From contig JALAGF010005569.1 in assembly GCA_030167865.1 (NCBI GenBank), positions 1 to 64,000 of the forward strand: a stretch of 64,000 bases of DNA, given 5' to 3'. The notes below the pieces were generated by a model, which saw nothing but the letters and a program-made list of their open reading frames with translations, was not told the DNA's origin and did no database searches. Positions 32,580 through 44,947 of the stretch are shown here, piece after piece; within the stretch, counting starts at the first letter, position 1, and the number at the start of each line of letters is the position of its first letter. The position numbers and the translations under genes are program-made. The DNA comes from Craspedostauros australis. Its lineage: Eukaryota.

Positions 32580-33604
32580 TCGGTTTGCTCTGTCGTTGGC
32601 CCGACTTGTATTTGTGCGTGTGGAGGTTGCGAGTATTATAATCATATAAAACGATTCATTCGTCTAAATCCTTCGTCAAAGTACCCAAGATAACAGCACG
32701 TCTCCCCCTGCTCTGCCTCCTCATTGCGAATTTGATTGCGGCGGTGACTGTGTTTTGTCGAACCGCGACTATGGTGACTGCGTGAAGGTGAAGCGCCGCA
32801 AGAACTGCAAGACCTCTCTGGGGCTGAGATGACACATCAAATCGATTGGACTTTTGCGCCGTGGCCGAATGGGCTACGAGGAGGTCGTAAAATAGTGCTC
32901 TGCTCTCCTCTCTGCTCGACCGCCTCTTAATCCACGAGTATGGTTGCGCCGGCGGTAACAATGTGGGCAGCCGAAAGAGCAAAATCACGGCGGCTGTTCT
33001 TGATGGCGCGCTTTGGAGATCGAAGTCAGCCGCAAAGATGTGAGCGACGCCTTTGAGATGGGGCAGAACGATGGATGATTTGTTTTGCATCACCGCTCTT
33101 GGACACAGTCGACGACTAAAACGACGTTCGCAACGGTACACACAGCCTTAACAATCGTGATGTGGCGCGAATAACAACATCGCCTCTTCAGTGCGTGGAC
33201 AAAACGGGTATCGACAGCATCATCAAGATTCCATTTCCTAGGTCTCTTGAAAACTACGGTCGATTTGCATCAAAATTGTTGTAGCTTCGAATCTTCTCTA
33301 TTAGACCTCAAATAGACTATCGCAATTTACAAGAAGCCTAATCATGACGCAGGCCATCACAATCTTCGTTCCTGTCCATCCAAGAGAAAACACCAAACAA
33401 CACAAACACTCAGGACAACCACACTCTCGCACCCTCGCTCATTCACCCACCAACTGTATCCACTCGTATCCACATGGCCTCCATTGCATGAACACGACGC
33501 TGCAGATCATGATCCGGGTTGTCACCATCTTGACCACCGCTCTCACTATTTGCTTCTGCATCAATACCCGTGCCGTCACTGTCATTGGCAGCATCATCGG
33601 CGGC

Positions 33605-35254
33605 ATGGTCCAACTTAGGTTCGCATCAGCACTGCTTGCCAGGACGGGTACAGTCAGAACTTCCAGAGCGGCTGGCGCATCCTTCGACAGACTGCAATTG
33701 GTCGCAATAATCCAGCGGCAACAGCACCATCAGCAGCAACGGCAGCAACATGCTCGTCATGATCGTCATTGCCATCATCACAGACAACACAACCGCCTGC
33801 AGATGAGCACGCAACCTCAGCAGCAGCAGCAGCAGCAGTGTGAACATGACGACGATGTCCACGAGGACCTGGCGTTGGCCGACATGCTATCGCAACCCCA
33901 TAGGATAGTTCGAGTCGCGCAGCATGTGTGGCGGTCCGCGGCAGACCAGCACCAAGGCAGGATACGCGATTTGCTGCAGCCAGGCCTCGCATCCATCCCA
34001 CCATCTGACGTTGCGCGCAGAGACAGACGTCGCAAGAGGCAAGCAAGAATCAGCAATGCTCTGCGAGGCGGTGCGTCTGCCACCTCGCGCACAGTCGGAT
34101 CGAGCAACAGCATCGATGATTGGGTCGCGCCGTTGGATGTGCAGAATCCGGTTTACAACTTTTTGATCGAATACTATGGTCTCAAGGGATCCAAGGGTCC
34201 AAGACAACTCTCCAGGTGGTCTCCCAGCTGCACTCTATTGCTGCATCAGCAGACTCACATTGCCACGGTAGAAGATCTCATGGAAGCCTCCAACGTTGCA
34301 GCAATCGAAATGGACGGCACCGACTGTGAATCCCACTTTTCGTCTCCAGCAGCTATCCCAATGAACGCCATTCTTTTGGAGGGTGCCACAGCAGAAGACT
34401 TCGCGTCCGTGCTGCACCTGCGCGGGGCCACCATCGTCGATGACGACATGCAGCAACGATTCAATCTCCCTGACGGCGCCTTGTACAGCCCGGCGCATTT
34501 CTATGGAAAGCACGACGCAACTCGCAAGCAAGATGCTGCGCGGCTGGCGACTCCCTTTCTGTGGTACAGATCCATCTTGCAAAACACCCTGCTGGCGGAA
34601 CCCATCCTGCATTGCCACGGTCTGCACGAGTGGGCCATGCAGTACCAGCCCGACGGTGCACCGCCGCCACCCAGCGCCAAGTACCAATCTCATCTGCAGC
34701 TGCGCGTGACTCGGCAGACGATCAACGACGCCGTGGAACGCAAGGGCGTCTCGTGCACGCACGTCGATGCGCTGCGCTTCTTCGCCCCGGCCGTCGGTCC
34801 CTTGAATCATCATGGCGCCTCGTTGCAACGCACGGATCAGCTGCGGCTGGAGCAACCGGCCTGCGTGCATGCGCATATGGATCTGCTCAAGGTGGCCATG
34901 AAGCTGCGGCCGTTCTGCGACACGGATCTATTGTGCCGTATTCTGGCAGTGGCGTTGGAATCGAGGCGGTTGGATGTCGCCGCGAGTCCGTACGATGCTA
35001 CGGCGTACGGTGTCGGTGTCGTGCCCATCGAAACGGCGGGAGGCAGAGCAACGTATCGCAAACGCCAGCGCGAGCTGATGCAGAAGGCGGAGCCGATTCG
35101 GCGGGAGCTGTTGCGCGTGTACGACGCTCTGTTGAGCGTGGCCTTCGATGAGGATGTGCTGGGCGTTGCCGATGACAATCCCTTGCCGGAACGTCACTCC
35201 AAGGCAGAACCAGGTGGCAAGCCATGGAGGAAGAACCTGATTCCGAGTCAGTAG
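33605..35254 (+). CDS. Homologue of the actinobacterial family annotated '3-methyladenine DNA glycosylase', with an N-terminal extension
   Basis: NPVYNFLIEYY..P.QL.RWSP, CHGLHEWAMQY, LRV, CTHVDALRFF, EQPACVHAHMDLLK..KL.P, DVAASPYD...G..PIET..GR..Y..RQ match, from memory, the conserved blocks of that bacterial family. Start is uncertain (ORF open from 33344). Confidence 0.75.
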   Translation: MVQLRFASALLARTGTVRTSRAAGASFDRLQLVAIIQRQQHHQQQRQQHARHDRHCHHHRQHNRLQMSTQPQQQQQQQCEHDDDVHEDLALADMLSQPHRIVRVAQHVWRSAADQHQGRIRDLLQPGLASIPPSDVARRDRRRKRQARISNALRGGASATSRTVGSSNSIDDWVAPLDVQNPVYNFLIEYYGLKGSKGPRQLSRWSPSCTLLLHQQTHIATVEDLMEASNVAAIEMDGTDCESHFSSPAAIPMNAILLEGATAEDFASVLHLRGATIVDDDMQQRFNLPDGALYSPAHFYGKHDATRKQDAARLATPFLWYRSILQNTLLAEPILHCHGLHEWAMQYQPDGAPPPPSAKYQSHLQLRVTRQTINDAVERKGVSCTHVDALRFFAPAVGPLNHHGASLQRTDQLRLEQPACVHAHMDLLKVAMKLRPFCDTDLLCRILAVALESRRLDVAASPYDATAYGVGVVPIETAGGRATYRKRQRELMQKAEPIRRELLRVYDALLSVAFDEDVLGVADDNPLPERHSKAEPGGKPWRKNLIPSQ

Positions 35255-35685
35255 ACCACTTTCAATCTGGTGCAGAAAGCAAGAGAGCGATAATATTGGT
35301 ATGGGTATGAGTGACACTCGTGCCTACAGTACTCAACGCTTGCTACGCTTCATCCAGGGCATGTTCCAACACAATCCTGCTAATTACTTGTCCTAGCATA
35401 GGGAGTGCACATACGTACGACGTGTGTATGGCACGTGTACTCGTCGAAACTGGCACATTGCCCCGCAAGATGGGTTGTAAATGGTGGTAACGCATCCGAA
35501 TTCTGACCGCAATTCCATTACGAGAAGTGCTGATTGCTATGCTGCGTGCTTGGTGCAATACTCGTAGCATGCACAGTCTTATCCACACTGTGTGCCCAAT
35601 CCATGCATACATGCATGAAAATATACATTCACCCACAAAGCCGCGCAATCACTCTGCAAGCAACGACCTGAATCTTCCAAGAACG

Positions 35686-36801
35686 TCAAATGCCGCACTC
35701 CTCCCGATTTGGCAGCGCGTAGACCTTGGTCGGTTTGTTCCACAAGCTGAACTTGATGAACCGTTCGAGTTTCGCTGGCTTGCCGATGATCCAGTTGTTG
35801 TGCACGACGTAGGCGCCTTCCCGCTGTTGGGAATTGAAGATCTCAAAGTACTGCTGGCCGACGGGGAAATAGGGATCGTCATTCAACAGCATGTGCACGA
35901 AGGCCTCCCCGTTGGGCCGGTTGGCGAGGATTTGGCGATGCGCATCTTGGATCGCGTCCTGATCGTGCAGATGCTTGCCTGTTTGCATGGCGTTATCCCA
36001 TATCGTCATGAATTGGACGATGTTGACGTCGTCCGCATTCTCACTGAGATTGGCCTTCTTGGCCCGCGGCATATAGATCAATCCGCTGCACAGCAAACCT
36101 TCGGATAGATCCGCAACTTCGCTGACGCCGATAAGCTTGCTCTCGGGATGCTGGCTCTGCACTTCCTGGAAACGCTTGATGGTGTCGGGCGATCGCCAGA
36201 ACGTGTCGGTGTCCGAATACAGGATGTTGTAGTTTCCACTGCTCTTGAGGAAGGCCTTGAGGATGAGCGGGCGAGGCGCCGTGATCTTCTTGAATTCCTC
36301 CGAACCGAACCTTGCGGCATCTTGGAACTTCTTGCCCACGACCTTGCTTTTCCGTATGGGCGGCACGGAGACCGTGTGATCCGGCCAGATCTGCTTGACT
36401 CGCTTCCACGTGAGCTTATCCATCGGCACGATAACGTAGTTGGTGATGCCGATATTGTCCAGGGAGGAAAGCACGTTCTCCAGGAAGTCAATGTAAGGAC
36501 ATGTCGCGATGAAGACGACGATGGTGCCGTCAACGGCGACGTTGTCGAGGATGTCGGCCTCGGGCCAGCTGGGTGGGAGGTTTCTGCCGCGCGGCTCCGC
36601 GAACTCTGTGTTTACCGAGCTCTGGCTGAATGCCTGCCCGATCGAAGTTGACATCTCTTGCATAGATGAGTTCATGCACAAAGACACGTACAGCGCAAGC
36701 AGCGCGAACGTCGCCTTGATGCCGGTCGCAAGGGCCGAGCGGCTTTTTGTGGCACGTCTTGCTGCCTTCGATTTCGACTTTTTCGTTTTCTTCTTTGGCA
36801 T
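35686..36801 (-). CDS. Nucleotide-diphospho-sugar transferase (GT77-like), type II Golgi membrane protein
   Basis: Basic tail + TM helix; ILYSDTDTFW (DxD motif), LCSGLIY, HDQDA, VVHNNWIIGKPAKLERF..LW. Confidence 0.88.
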   Translation of the reverse strand: MPKKKTKKSKSKAARRATKSRSALATGIKATFALLALYVSLCMNSSMQEMSTSIGQAFSQSSVNTEFAEPRGRNLPPSWPEADILDNVAVDGTIVVFIATCPYIDFLENVLSSLDNIGITNYVIVPMDKLTWKRVKQIWPDHTVSVPPIRKSKVVGKKFQDAARFGSEEFKKITAPRPLILKAFLKSSGNYNILYSDTDTFWRSPDTIKRFQEVQSQHPESKLIGVSEVADLSEGLLCSGLIYMPRAKKANLSENADDVNIVQFMTIWDNAMQTGKHLHDQDAIQDAHRQILANRPNGEAFVHMLLNDDPYFPVGQQYFEIFNSQQREGAYVVHNNWIIGKPAKLERFIKFSLWNKPTKVYALPNREECGI

Positions 36802-37351
36802 CGTGAAGTTACTTGTTAGCTGCTGTGCGATGATATGATATAATATGATATATATTGCGTTTGGTGTAGTATCGCACGGTGTATGATGGTCTGCCTCGTA
36901 TCGAAGAGATCAGATTGAGCAGAGTATCGGTGTTGATGTTGGTGTCGGAATGAAATGAAATGAGAGAAGCGATCATTGAGCACGTGTGGCACGAATGCGT
37001 TTGTGGGGTTGTTTGTAGTGAGATTTTTGGTTGCGATCTTTTGGTTCGGTTGCGTTGCACGTGATCATCTTTGTCCTCCGGGTGACATCGCTCATCTATT
37101 TTCGAGTGGTAACTTTGTGGGACCTGTGCTGGAGGTCCCATGTGTACCTGCAACATCAACATCGACAGTAGGATGACTACTCCTGCTCTACTCTTTGATA
37201 CATCCACAGCAATCTGTTGCGGACTCTTGAGCTGGATGAAAACGCAAACGCTATGCTTTAGAAAGTGTGATATAATATCATACATATTGTAAGCACTGTG
37301 CTCCAATGAAGTGTACTGTACAATACAATCATTAACACAGGCAAGGGTTTC

Positions 37352-38824
37352 TCACATCGGAGGCGCCAACGTCGTGGATGCCACGTTCCCTTCACTGATA
37401 TCCTGCGGCGACGCATGCAATCCATCTTCCAACTCATCTTCATCGTCGTCGTCGTCATCGTCCGACCCATGCTGCTGCAGCTGAAAGTGCATGGACGATC
37501 GCTCTTCACGTTGCCGCACCACCTTGTTGAGCTGCGTCTTGGCGTAATAGGACGTGAAACCGACGGCGCAAATACCAAAGACGACGCCCAGCCCCACCAA
37601 CGTCCACGTGACGGCGCCGTTGCTGCTGGTCATCGACGAATCCGTCAAGGATCCGGCCGAGGCGCCGAGGAAGACGTAGAAGATGGTGCCGGGGATGATG
37701 GCCCAGAAGGCCCGCAGGTATTCCCAGAACTGGACGGCTGTGACGCCGGCGATGTAATTCATGGCGTTGAACGGGATGATGGGCGACAGACGCAGCAAGG
37801 TCATGATCTTGAATCCCTGCTCGGCCAGGGCAATGTCCAAGGCCTCGAAGATGGCGTAGCGACGCACGATGGTGTTGGTGACCCATTCGCGCAGCAGGAA
37901 GCGTCCGACGAAGAAGGATCCAGAGCCACCGATGCATGCTCCGGCAAAAACAGCCAGACTGCCGACCGCGATGCCCTGGACGGGACCGAAGGCTTGCGCG
38001 AAGACGTAGCCGGCGCCCATTGTGGGGATCGTGCCTGGGATGAAGAGGACGATGGATGTGGAATAAATGACGATGAAGGCGAAGAAGCCTTCGATGGGGT
38101 TGCGTTCGATCCACTCCAGGAAGGTTTCCAAGCCGCTGGCAATGTACTTGGTCGTGAGAGAATCGACGATGACGAATGCGACGAAGGAGACGAGGAATAT
38201 CCCGATGATGAGCTTCTGGAGGAAGGTGGATTGTGACGCGGGAGACGAGGGTGACGGCGATGCCATCGACAACGATGCCGTCGTTGAGGTGGATGCGACG
38301 TTGGTCGATTGAGAGAGGTTGAGGGGCTGGATCGTTGCTGACAGTTCAGCATCCTGATCGAGATGACGGTGGCTGATCTCGCCGAGGTGGAAACCCTCCG
38401 ATGCTGGCTCTCCTTCGCCTCGGACTTCCAGCAGGTTTTTGGTGGACAGCCGATCGCCGAAGCTCCTCCTGCGGTTCATCATGGTTGACTTCGTTCTTTT
38501 GGATGGGCTGAGAGACGTCGATCTGCTGGCGAGAATGTTCGGCTTTTGGGAGTCCTTCGCTGACACTTTCTCGTTGCTCGTTGGTGGCAAAGATGGAGCT
38601 GTGGACGTACGATCAGACTGAGGCACAGACTGAGACGCAGACGCAGGCAAAGATGTTGGAGGTGCTCCTCGCACTTCACACGAAGAAGGATGCGATTCTG
38701 ACGGCAGCGATTCTTGTTGTTCTGCTTCCTGCGGTTGCTGCTGCTGCTGCTCAACTGAAGTCGATTGTGCACCTGTCTCTTCGTCGTCTGTGCTGCTGCT
38801 TGTGCTCTTGTCAACGATGGTCAT
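37352..38824 (-). CDS. VTT/DedA domain membrane protein (TVP38/TMEM64-like)
   Basis: LFIPGT..TMGAGYVF, GACIG...SFFVGRFLLR, GFKIMTLLRLSPIIPFNAMNYIAGVT, IIPGTIFYVFLG. Confidence 0.92.
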   Translation of the reverse strand: MTIVDKSTSSSTDDEETGAQSTSVEQQQQQPQEAEQQESLPSESHPSSCEVRGAPPTSLPASASQSVPQSDRTSTAPSLPPTSNEKVSAKDSQKPNILASRSTSLSPSKRTKSTMMNRRRSFGDRLSTKNLLEVRGEGEPASEGFHLGEISHRHLDQDAELSATIQPLNLSQSTNVASTSTTASLSMASPSPSSPASQSTFLQKLIIGIFLVSFVAFVIVDSLTTKYIASGLETFLEWIERNPIEGFFAFIVIYSTSIVLFIPGTIPTMGAGYVFAQAFGPVQGIAVGSLAVFAGACIGGSGSFFVGRFLLREWVTNTIVRRYAIFEALDIALAEQGFKIMTLLRLSPIIPFNAMNYIAGVTAVQFWEYLRAFWAIIPGTIFYVFLGASAGSLTDSSMTSSNGAVTWTLVGLGVVFGICAVGFTSYYAKTQLNKVVRQREERSSMHFQLQQHGSDDDDDDDEDELEDGLHASPQDISEGNVASTTLAPPM

Positions 38825-40060
38825 TGATCAACGAATTTGATTGTCGCGAGTGCTGGAAAAGTGCTCGTATTATGTACTATTATATGGTATAATAGTATAG
38901 TAGAATATGATGGTGTGGTAGAACTCGTATGGTGTGATAGGTTGTACGAGTAGGAATAGGAATAGGAGCGCTCTTCAATTGGAGTCACAGAGCATTTGTA
39001 CGTATGGTGCTTTGGTAGGAGTGTGCAAGAGAAAGCAGAGCAGAGTATCAGAGCAGCCCGTTTGAATCCGAAGCGTGGTGGATGATGATCATGTCCGCAA
39101 AGGAAAGGGCGGAGTTACTTGCGTTGCTCGTTGGTATCACAATCGGTGTCAACAGAGCACTTACAATCATCCGAGAATTGCGGGTTGGCGCGCATTGTTT
39201 TGCAGCTGTCACTGTTCGAAGTCTTGGTTGTTCCCTGGTTTCCCGCAAAGCCCGCGGACTGGTCACAACGAGCGCCCTGCTTCGTGAAAAACCTCGGAAC
39301 TTGTGCCAAACCACGCAAGGAAAGCTAGAGAGATGCAGAGATACCCGCATAGCTCATAGAGTACTTGAACGTGCATTCCATCTACAGCCAATCCATGTTC
39401 AGGCGATCCAACTCTGCCCAGGATCTCCCCGCTCAACCTTCAGATGGTAAGGAGAAACACTTCGGTTGGAACATTATCGAAGAGTGGAAACCAATGATGC
39501 AGTTGTCAGCACGAGATGTGCACAAGGGAAGACGCAACAATGCTGCGCAAGCAACCTATACATTCGTCCTCGTATACGACACACGAGCTATTAGACCATT
39601 TCCATCACCCTTGAACATCAAACCGCCAAAACGTGGAGAGCAACTCTGGCGTCATCATCATCATCAATTCGTTCCCCTCACTCCACGCCAATTCCAGCAA
39701 CACCAGAAGCAGACTCGTGTTTTATACGCTACAAACTGTTCACACTAAACGGACTGGAGCGTTGGGACCACGCGAGTATTTCATCTCATCTCATCGTATC
39801 TGTTTGATGCCCGCCTTCTGAATGCTGCGGGAGTAGCCGACTTGCTGTTGTTGGCGATGGGCTCATGGAAGCGATGCCTGCATGCCTGCACGCATGAATG
39901 GACACTGAGTGAGGCTTTCCGGTTGGTCGGGCAAGCAGTTGGCAACCAGAGGTGGAATACTGATACTCCACGCATAGTCGACTCGATTCGATGTTGATGT
40001 TGGGTGCTTACGAGCATGACGGAGAATGTTGGTATGGATGAGCCGTTGGCGGCAGCTTGA

Positions 40061-42949
40061 TCACAAAATGTCACAGCAGCACGTGGATTGCTGCAATATG
40101 GGTATCAACGGTTCACCCGTCTCACGTTCGTAAATCAGGAATTCGATCACCTCGGCGGCGTAGGCATGGGGATTGGTCCAGTCCCAATCCTTGTAGTATG
40201 ACTCGTCTCTGGCATCGATCACGCACTCCTGTATCTGTTTGTCTTCCGTGAAGTTTCCAATCTCGCTCTGGGAGGCAGCATTCACGTCTTTGGGTGGCAC
40301 GTAGGGTGGTCGTTTGCGATCGGACAGCACCGATTCCCAGTTCATGTTCTTGAACCAAGGGTGCGCCATGATCTCTTCGCAACCGTTGGTTCCCAACCTC
40401 GTTTTCTCGTTCTTCTCCAGCAATCGTCGGCAGAAGTCAGCGGCATCAGGATCGAACAGGGCACCGGGGAAATCAGGATTCATCTCCATCGTGGCATGGT
40501 CGATTGCTTTTTCCTGCGCGGCATGATCAGGATGAGGGGTTTTCCATGATCCATTCCATAGAAGTGGGAGTCACCGATGTATGCAGCGATTCCAACAGCC
40601 ATTACGTAATCGTCATCATTCATCGTCGCCGTGGTGTATGTGTGTTGCATGTATGGAGAGACGAGTTGGGCGGGGAAGAATAGAATAGAGTACAGCACAG
40701 GAGGGAATTTCAATGTGAGTCACGCTCTCCTATCAACGTGCCAATCTGTAGCACCACCCATTGACAGTACCAACAACATTAGCAGTCGCAGTAACAGTAA
40801 CAGCATTGGCAATCGTAGCAACCACAAAAGAAAGAACGCACCTTCGTTTCCTTGCCCCGTTCCAGCCCAAAGTTAAGCGCGGCCTCCGATCGGAAGGGAT
40901 TGCCCCCTGATATGAACTCCGCCATGCAGCAGCCGTAGCTGAACCAATCCACCGTGTGTCCGTACGGTAGCCGTTTGCCGTTCCTGTCTCGTCGCAGCAT
41001 CTCCGGCGCCCAGTATCCGCGCGTTCCGGCTGCTCCGTGGAGCTTGGGCGTGATCTTGGTGGCCAGGCCGAGATCGGTGATCTTGACGCGTCCCTGTTCA
41101 TCGAGCAGGCAGTTTTCTGGCTTGAGATCTCGGTAGACGTATCCCTTGTCATGAAGGGCTTGGAGACCGAGCATGATGCGGGCACCGTAGTACTGGCATT
41201 CCTTCTTGGGGAATTTGCCTTTCTGATGCAGGTGGTATCCCAGGTCACCGCCGGTCATGAGATCGAGGATGAGGTAGACATCGTCTTTGGAGTGGAAGGA
41301 GTACTTGAGGTTGACGACGAAGGGACTTTCGACAGCCGCCAGAGCCTTGCGTTCGTTGACGGTCAGCGTTTCTGACTTCTTGAGCTTGATGCGCTTCTTG
41401 TTCATGACCTTCATAGCGTACAGTTTTCCTGACGTTCCCTTCTTGCAGGCTGGTGTACACATGTACGCATACATGTACGGTAAATGATGGACGAGAGCAT
41501 TTCAGAGTATGGAGCAGGGTTGGGCAGAACAAGGCAATGCGAGACGACGTGAAGCAATAAACAAACAATCGCAGACAGAACCAAGAGTGGGGATGATGGG
41601 AGTGAGGATACGTGCATTTGGCAACGGAATGAAAATGTGCAGCAACAAGAACTGGACATCAACTCTGCCATATAGGTTGACACCAAAACCTTTGCACACA
41701 TGCACTCACCTGTGACCAAACCAAATCCTCCGCGACCCAAGACGCGCATGGTGAAGAAATCTTCTGGGATGACGGTACGATCTTGAAACCAGAGGAAGTT
41801 GCGCATCTTGGCGAACTTTTCGGATTGCAGAAAGTCTGTCCAGTAATCGCGCCGCAGACCTTCGACGACGATCCACTCGAGCTTGTCGAAGAGGGCGTCG
41901 GAGAGGTTTGCGGATTCTCGCTGCCGCATGCTGTTGGTGAGTTCTCGCAGGGATGTGTAGCGTTGCGTTTGCGATCGTAGGTTGGAAGACGAGGCTGGTT
42001 TCTGAGGGGCGGAGGACGATGGGTTGGATGTCAAGAATTCGGCGCTGCTGCTGGTGGGGGATGTCGTGTTGGTGCTGTGGCGCTTGGGTTGGATGAGATC
42101 CGTGGCGGGTGCCGATCGTCTCTGCTGCACGTTGGCGCGGTCGACCTCGCGCAGCGACTGGAAGACCTCCTCGAGTATCGGTCCGCGGACGCCGAGGCAG
42201 TTGACTGTTGTTGCGATCGTGGTGATGGTGTTGTCGTCCTCGCCGTCGTAACCACCGATGCCGTTGGGTCCTTCATCAAAGTGCAGCGCTGCCGACGATT
42301 GCTGCTGCTGTTCCTGCTGGTTGCCGTCTGGATCCATCGTGAGCGCCGTTGAGGCAGCATCGTTCTTGGCGGAATTCAGCTTGAGGTTCTTCATCATGGG
42401 CACGGTGTTGAGCTCGTACATGTGGTCGAGTTCCTTGGGCGTGAAGCTCATGGGGCGCTTGGCGTTCTTGCCGCTGCTGGAGTTCCTGTCGCTGTTGGCG
42501 ACGCTGATGGTGGTGGTGGTGGTGGTGCGCGCGAGATCGTACTCATCGATCTCCGTGCGTTTGGGGAAGACCACGAGGCCCGTGTCGTGATCGCGCGACA
42601 GCGGTTTGCAGTAGACCTGGACGATTTTGCGCGCCCGTTCCACGCGGTGCTTGCCCTTCATGTACTTCCATCTGGCCACTTCTTCCGCGAAGTTGATCCT
42701 GAGGTAGTCGTTGCAATCCTCCTTGACGAATGCCGAGAAGAGGAAGAATCCGATCGCCCGTTGCAGCGTCCATTCCAGCGAAAGCGGTGTCTCGTCGCCC
42801 CTCGCGTTGCGCCTTAGCATGTGCTCCCAATCCGCGAGCTGTTCTTCCGTCGGGATCTCCCATGCCAGGACGGGACGCGGTCCTTCCTCCTGCGTGGCGA
42901 TGGCGTTGACGTACTGCGCATCCTCGATGGCATCCTGCAGCTCCTCCAT
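40061..42949 (-). CDS. GRK: G protein-coupled receptor kinase (RGS-homology domain + AGC kinase); 3 exons (42949..41710, 41449..40842, 40513..40061)
   Basis: N-terminus MEELQDAIEDAQYVNA resembles the GRK N-helix; RH domain IGFFLFSAF...INFAEEV. Kinase motifs VLGRGGFGLVT|ACKK..LYAMK, YRDLKPEN, the GRK-typical DLGLA, GTRGYWAPE, and the AGC tail PPYVP.KDVNAASQ. Both introns are GT..AG and frame-preserving. Confidence 0.93.
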
Positions 42950-44741
42950 GGTTGTCTAGAGTAGATGCGTTTGTGTAGATGCGTTTGTGTATCCCCGTGG
43001 GTCTGTGGACGTCGCGGCTGCCGCCAAGGAAAGGCCTATTTGGCTACTACCCCACCAGAGCTGAGGCCGAGGCTGCTGCTGCTGTGGATGGATAGCTTCA
43101 GCACAGCTGTGCGCGGCGTTGAGTTGCGACCGTCCAACGATCAGCAATCGCTCAATCCGCCCGCAGTTGATGCTGGATGGGTCCGCCAGTGCAACGGCAG
43201 CTCGGGCTCTGCCTTCCGGAATGGAATCGGAACAGGATGGACGAGACTGGATGAGACGCTCTGTGTCCTTTGGTGGTTGAGAATCAGCTCGTTCGTGTCT
43301 GCGTCTGAGTCTGCGCCTCCTGCTCTGATGCGGAATGACCCTGTGATTGCAAGTATGTTGATGGGACACTCTCAATGCGTGGGAATGCAGCCGAAGCAAG
43401 ATGATCGCAGAGGCGACGGCGATGAAGGAGATGCTGCTTGCGCAGGTGGTTGAGATTGTCTGGGGGGTGTTTGATGCGGTCTTTCTGAGACAACAGCCCC
43501 AGTCACCCGAAATCGGAATCCTGGAGAAGCGGGAGAGGTTTGATTGATTGGCACCTGTGGCCGTGCGATTGTTGTCTATTGTCGTCTATTGTTGTCAATG
43601 GTGGCTGTGGCTGTCGCTGTGCTTGTTGTGATGGTGCAGCTGCTGCACTCCAGAGTGTCTCCCGCAACACAGCGAGGTTGCTGTCCTCTTTGGCGGATGC
43701 GTCGTTGATGCGATTTGGATTTGGATGATAAGCAGAACCACGCGACGTTGGTGTGCGAACGGGTCTGCTTTGCTTTCCTGTGTTCTGCTCTGCTTCGACA
43801 CAGCGCAGCCGTTCAAGTAGAGTAGCTGCCGAGTAGGCGTAGTAGTATGGTACGACTACCTGTGGCTGTGGCTGACCTCCTGTCGGTGACCCTGCTGTTT
43901 GGGTTGAGCGGAGGTGGGGTCGGTTTGGTGGTCGCCGTCCTCACTGTGGATGCAGATACAGGCGCGGACAGTGGTACTGACAGTGGTATTGACAGCGTTG
44001 ATGTTGCTGATGCCCTGTTGCTGTTGTTGCAGCTGTTGCTGTTCCTCTTCCCGCTCTTCTTGCTGCTGGCAACGCTTCAAGGTGCCCGAAGCGCTGGGAT
44101 CACTGCGTCTGCCGTATGTTAGAAGCGGGTGTCCGTCAATGTCCCACCTCAAAGTGAAGGTGCCACCGCCTGCGACCTTCGTACTCTGTGTGGTGCTGTT
44201 TCGCAGTTTTTGTCGTTCTCGACCAAGATCGCCCGCACGCCATCGTGTTGTGTCATGTTCCGCTGTAAATTCGGTGTGTCTCGTGTTCGCGGAACATCAC
44301 GAAATCATGTACACGGGACACAACGCAATCCCGCAAAGCGGACCTCTTTGGTTGATTGCGCACGACAAGCGCCTCCTGTTCTGGGCTGTCCAACAGTGAC
44401 AATCTTGGTTTCTTGTGGTGTTCGCTTCTTGGTCATTTTCATTAATTGAAGAGTTTTCGGTGCGACACGAAGGAATCGAATGGGTCGCAGGGATGTTTGC
44501 CTTCATGACGTGTGTGGAAAGAAGGTCGTGGGACCCAACAAGAGACACAAACAGGAGAATGAACACAACCACAAAGACAACCACAAAGATCGCACGCCAA
44601 CAAACCCAACAAACCAAACAAACGCAGCACTGACATCATCGGAATCACATCATCTCCAGCAACAACATCAGTGCAAACAGGAGCGCTCTACTCCACAACA
44701 TCATCACTTTACAAAGATACCGCAACTGCGCCTGACACATC

Positions 44742-44909
44742 ATGAAGAGCGTCTCAATCAGAAGTTGCATCATTGCGGCGACCATTGCCTTGTTGGCAGG
44801 TCTCCTTCCGACATCGACACCCGCGATGACAACGATGGTGGATGCATTCGTCGTTCCACAGCACTCCATCCATCGCGTTTTCCACACCACAGCCAGCAAC
44901 AACAATGCC

Positions 44910-44947
<38 letters not shown>

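Noticed and set aside
38825..40060. Short ORFs between the VTT and GRK genes
   Set aside because: No motifs or coding bias; likely promoter and 3' UTR.
42956..44400. Short Gln-rich ORFs upstream of the GRK gene
   Set aside because: GRK already has its canonical N-terminal helix at 42949; these look like microsatellite-rich UTR or intergenic sequence.
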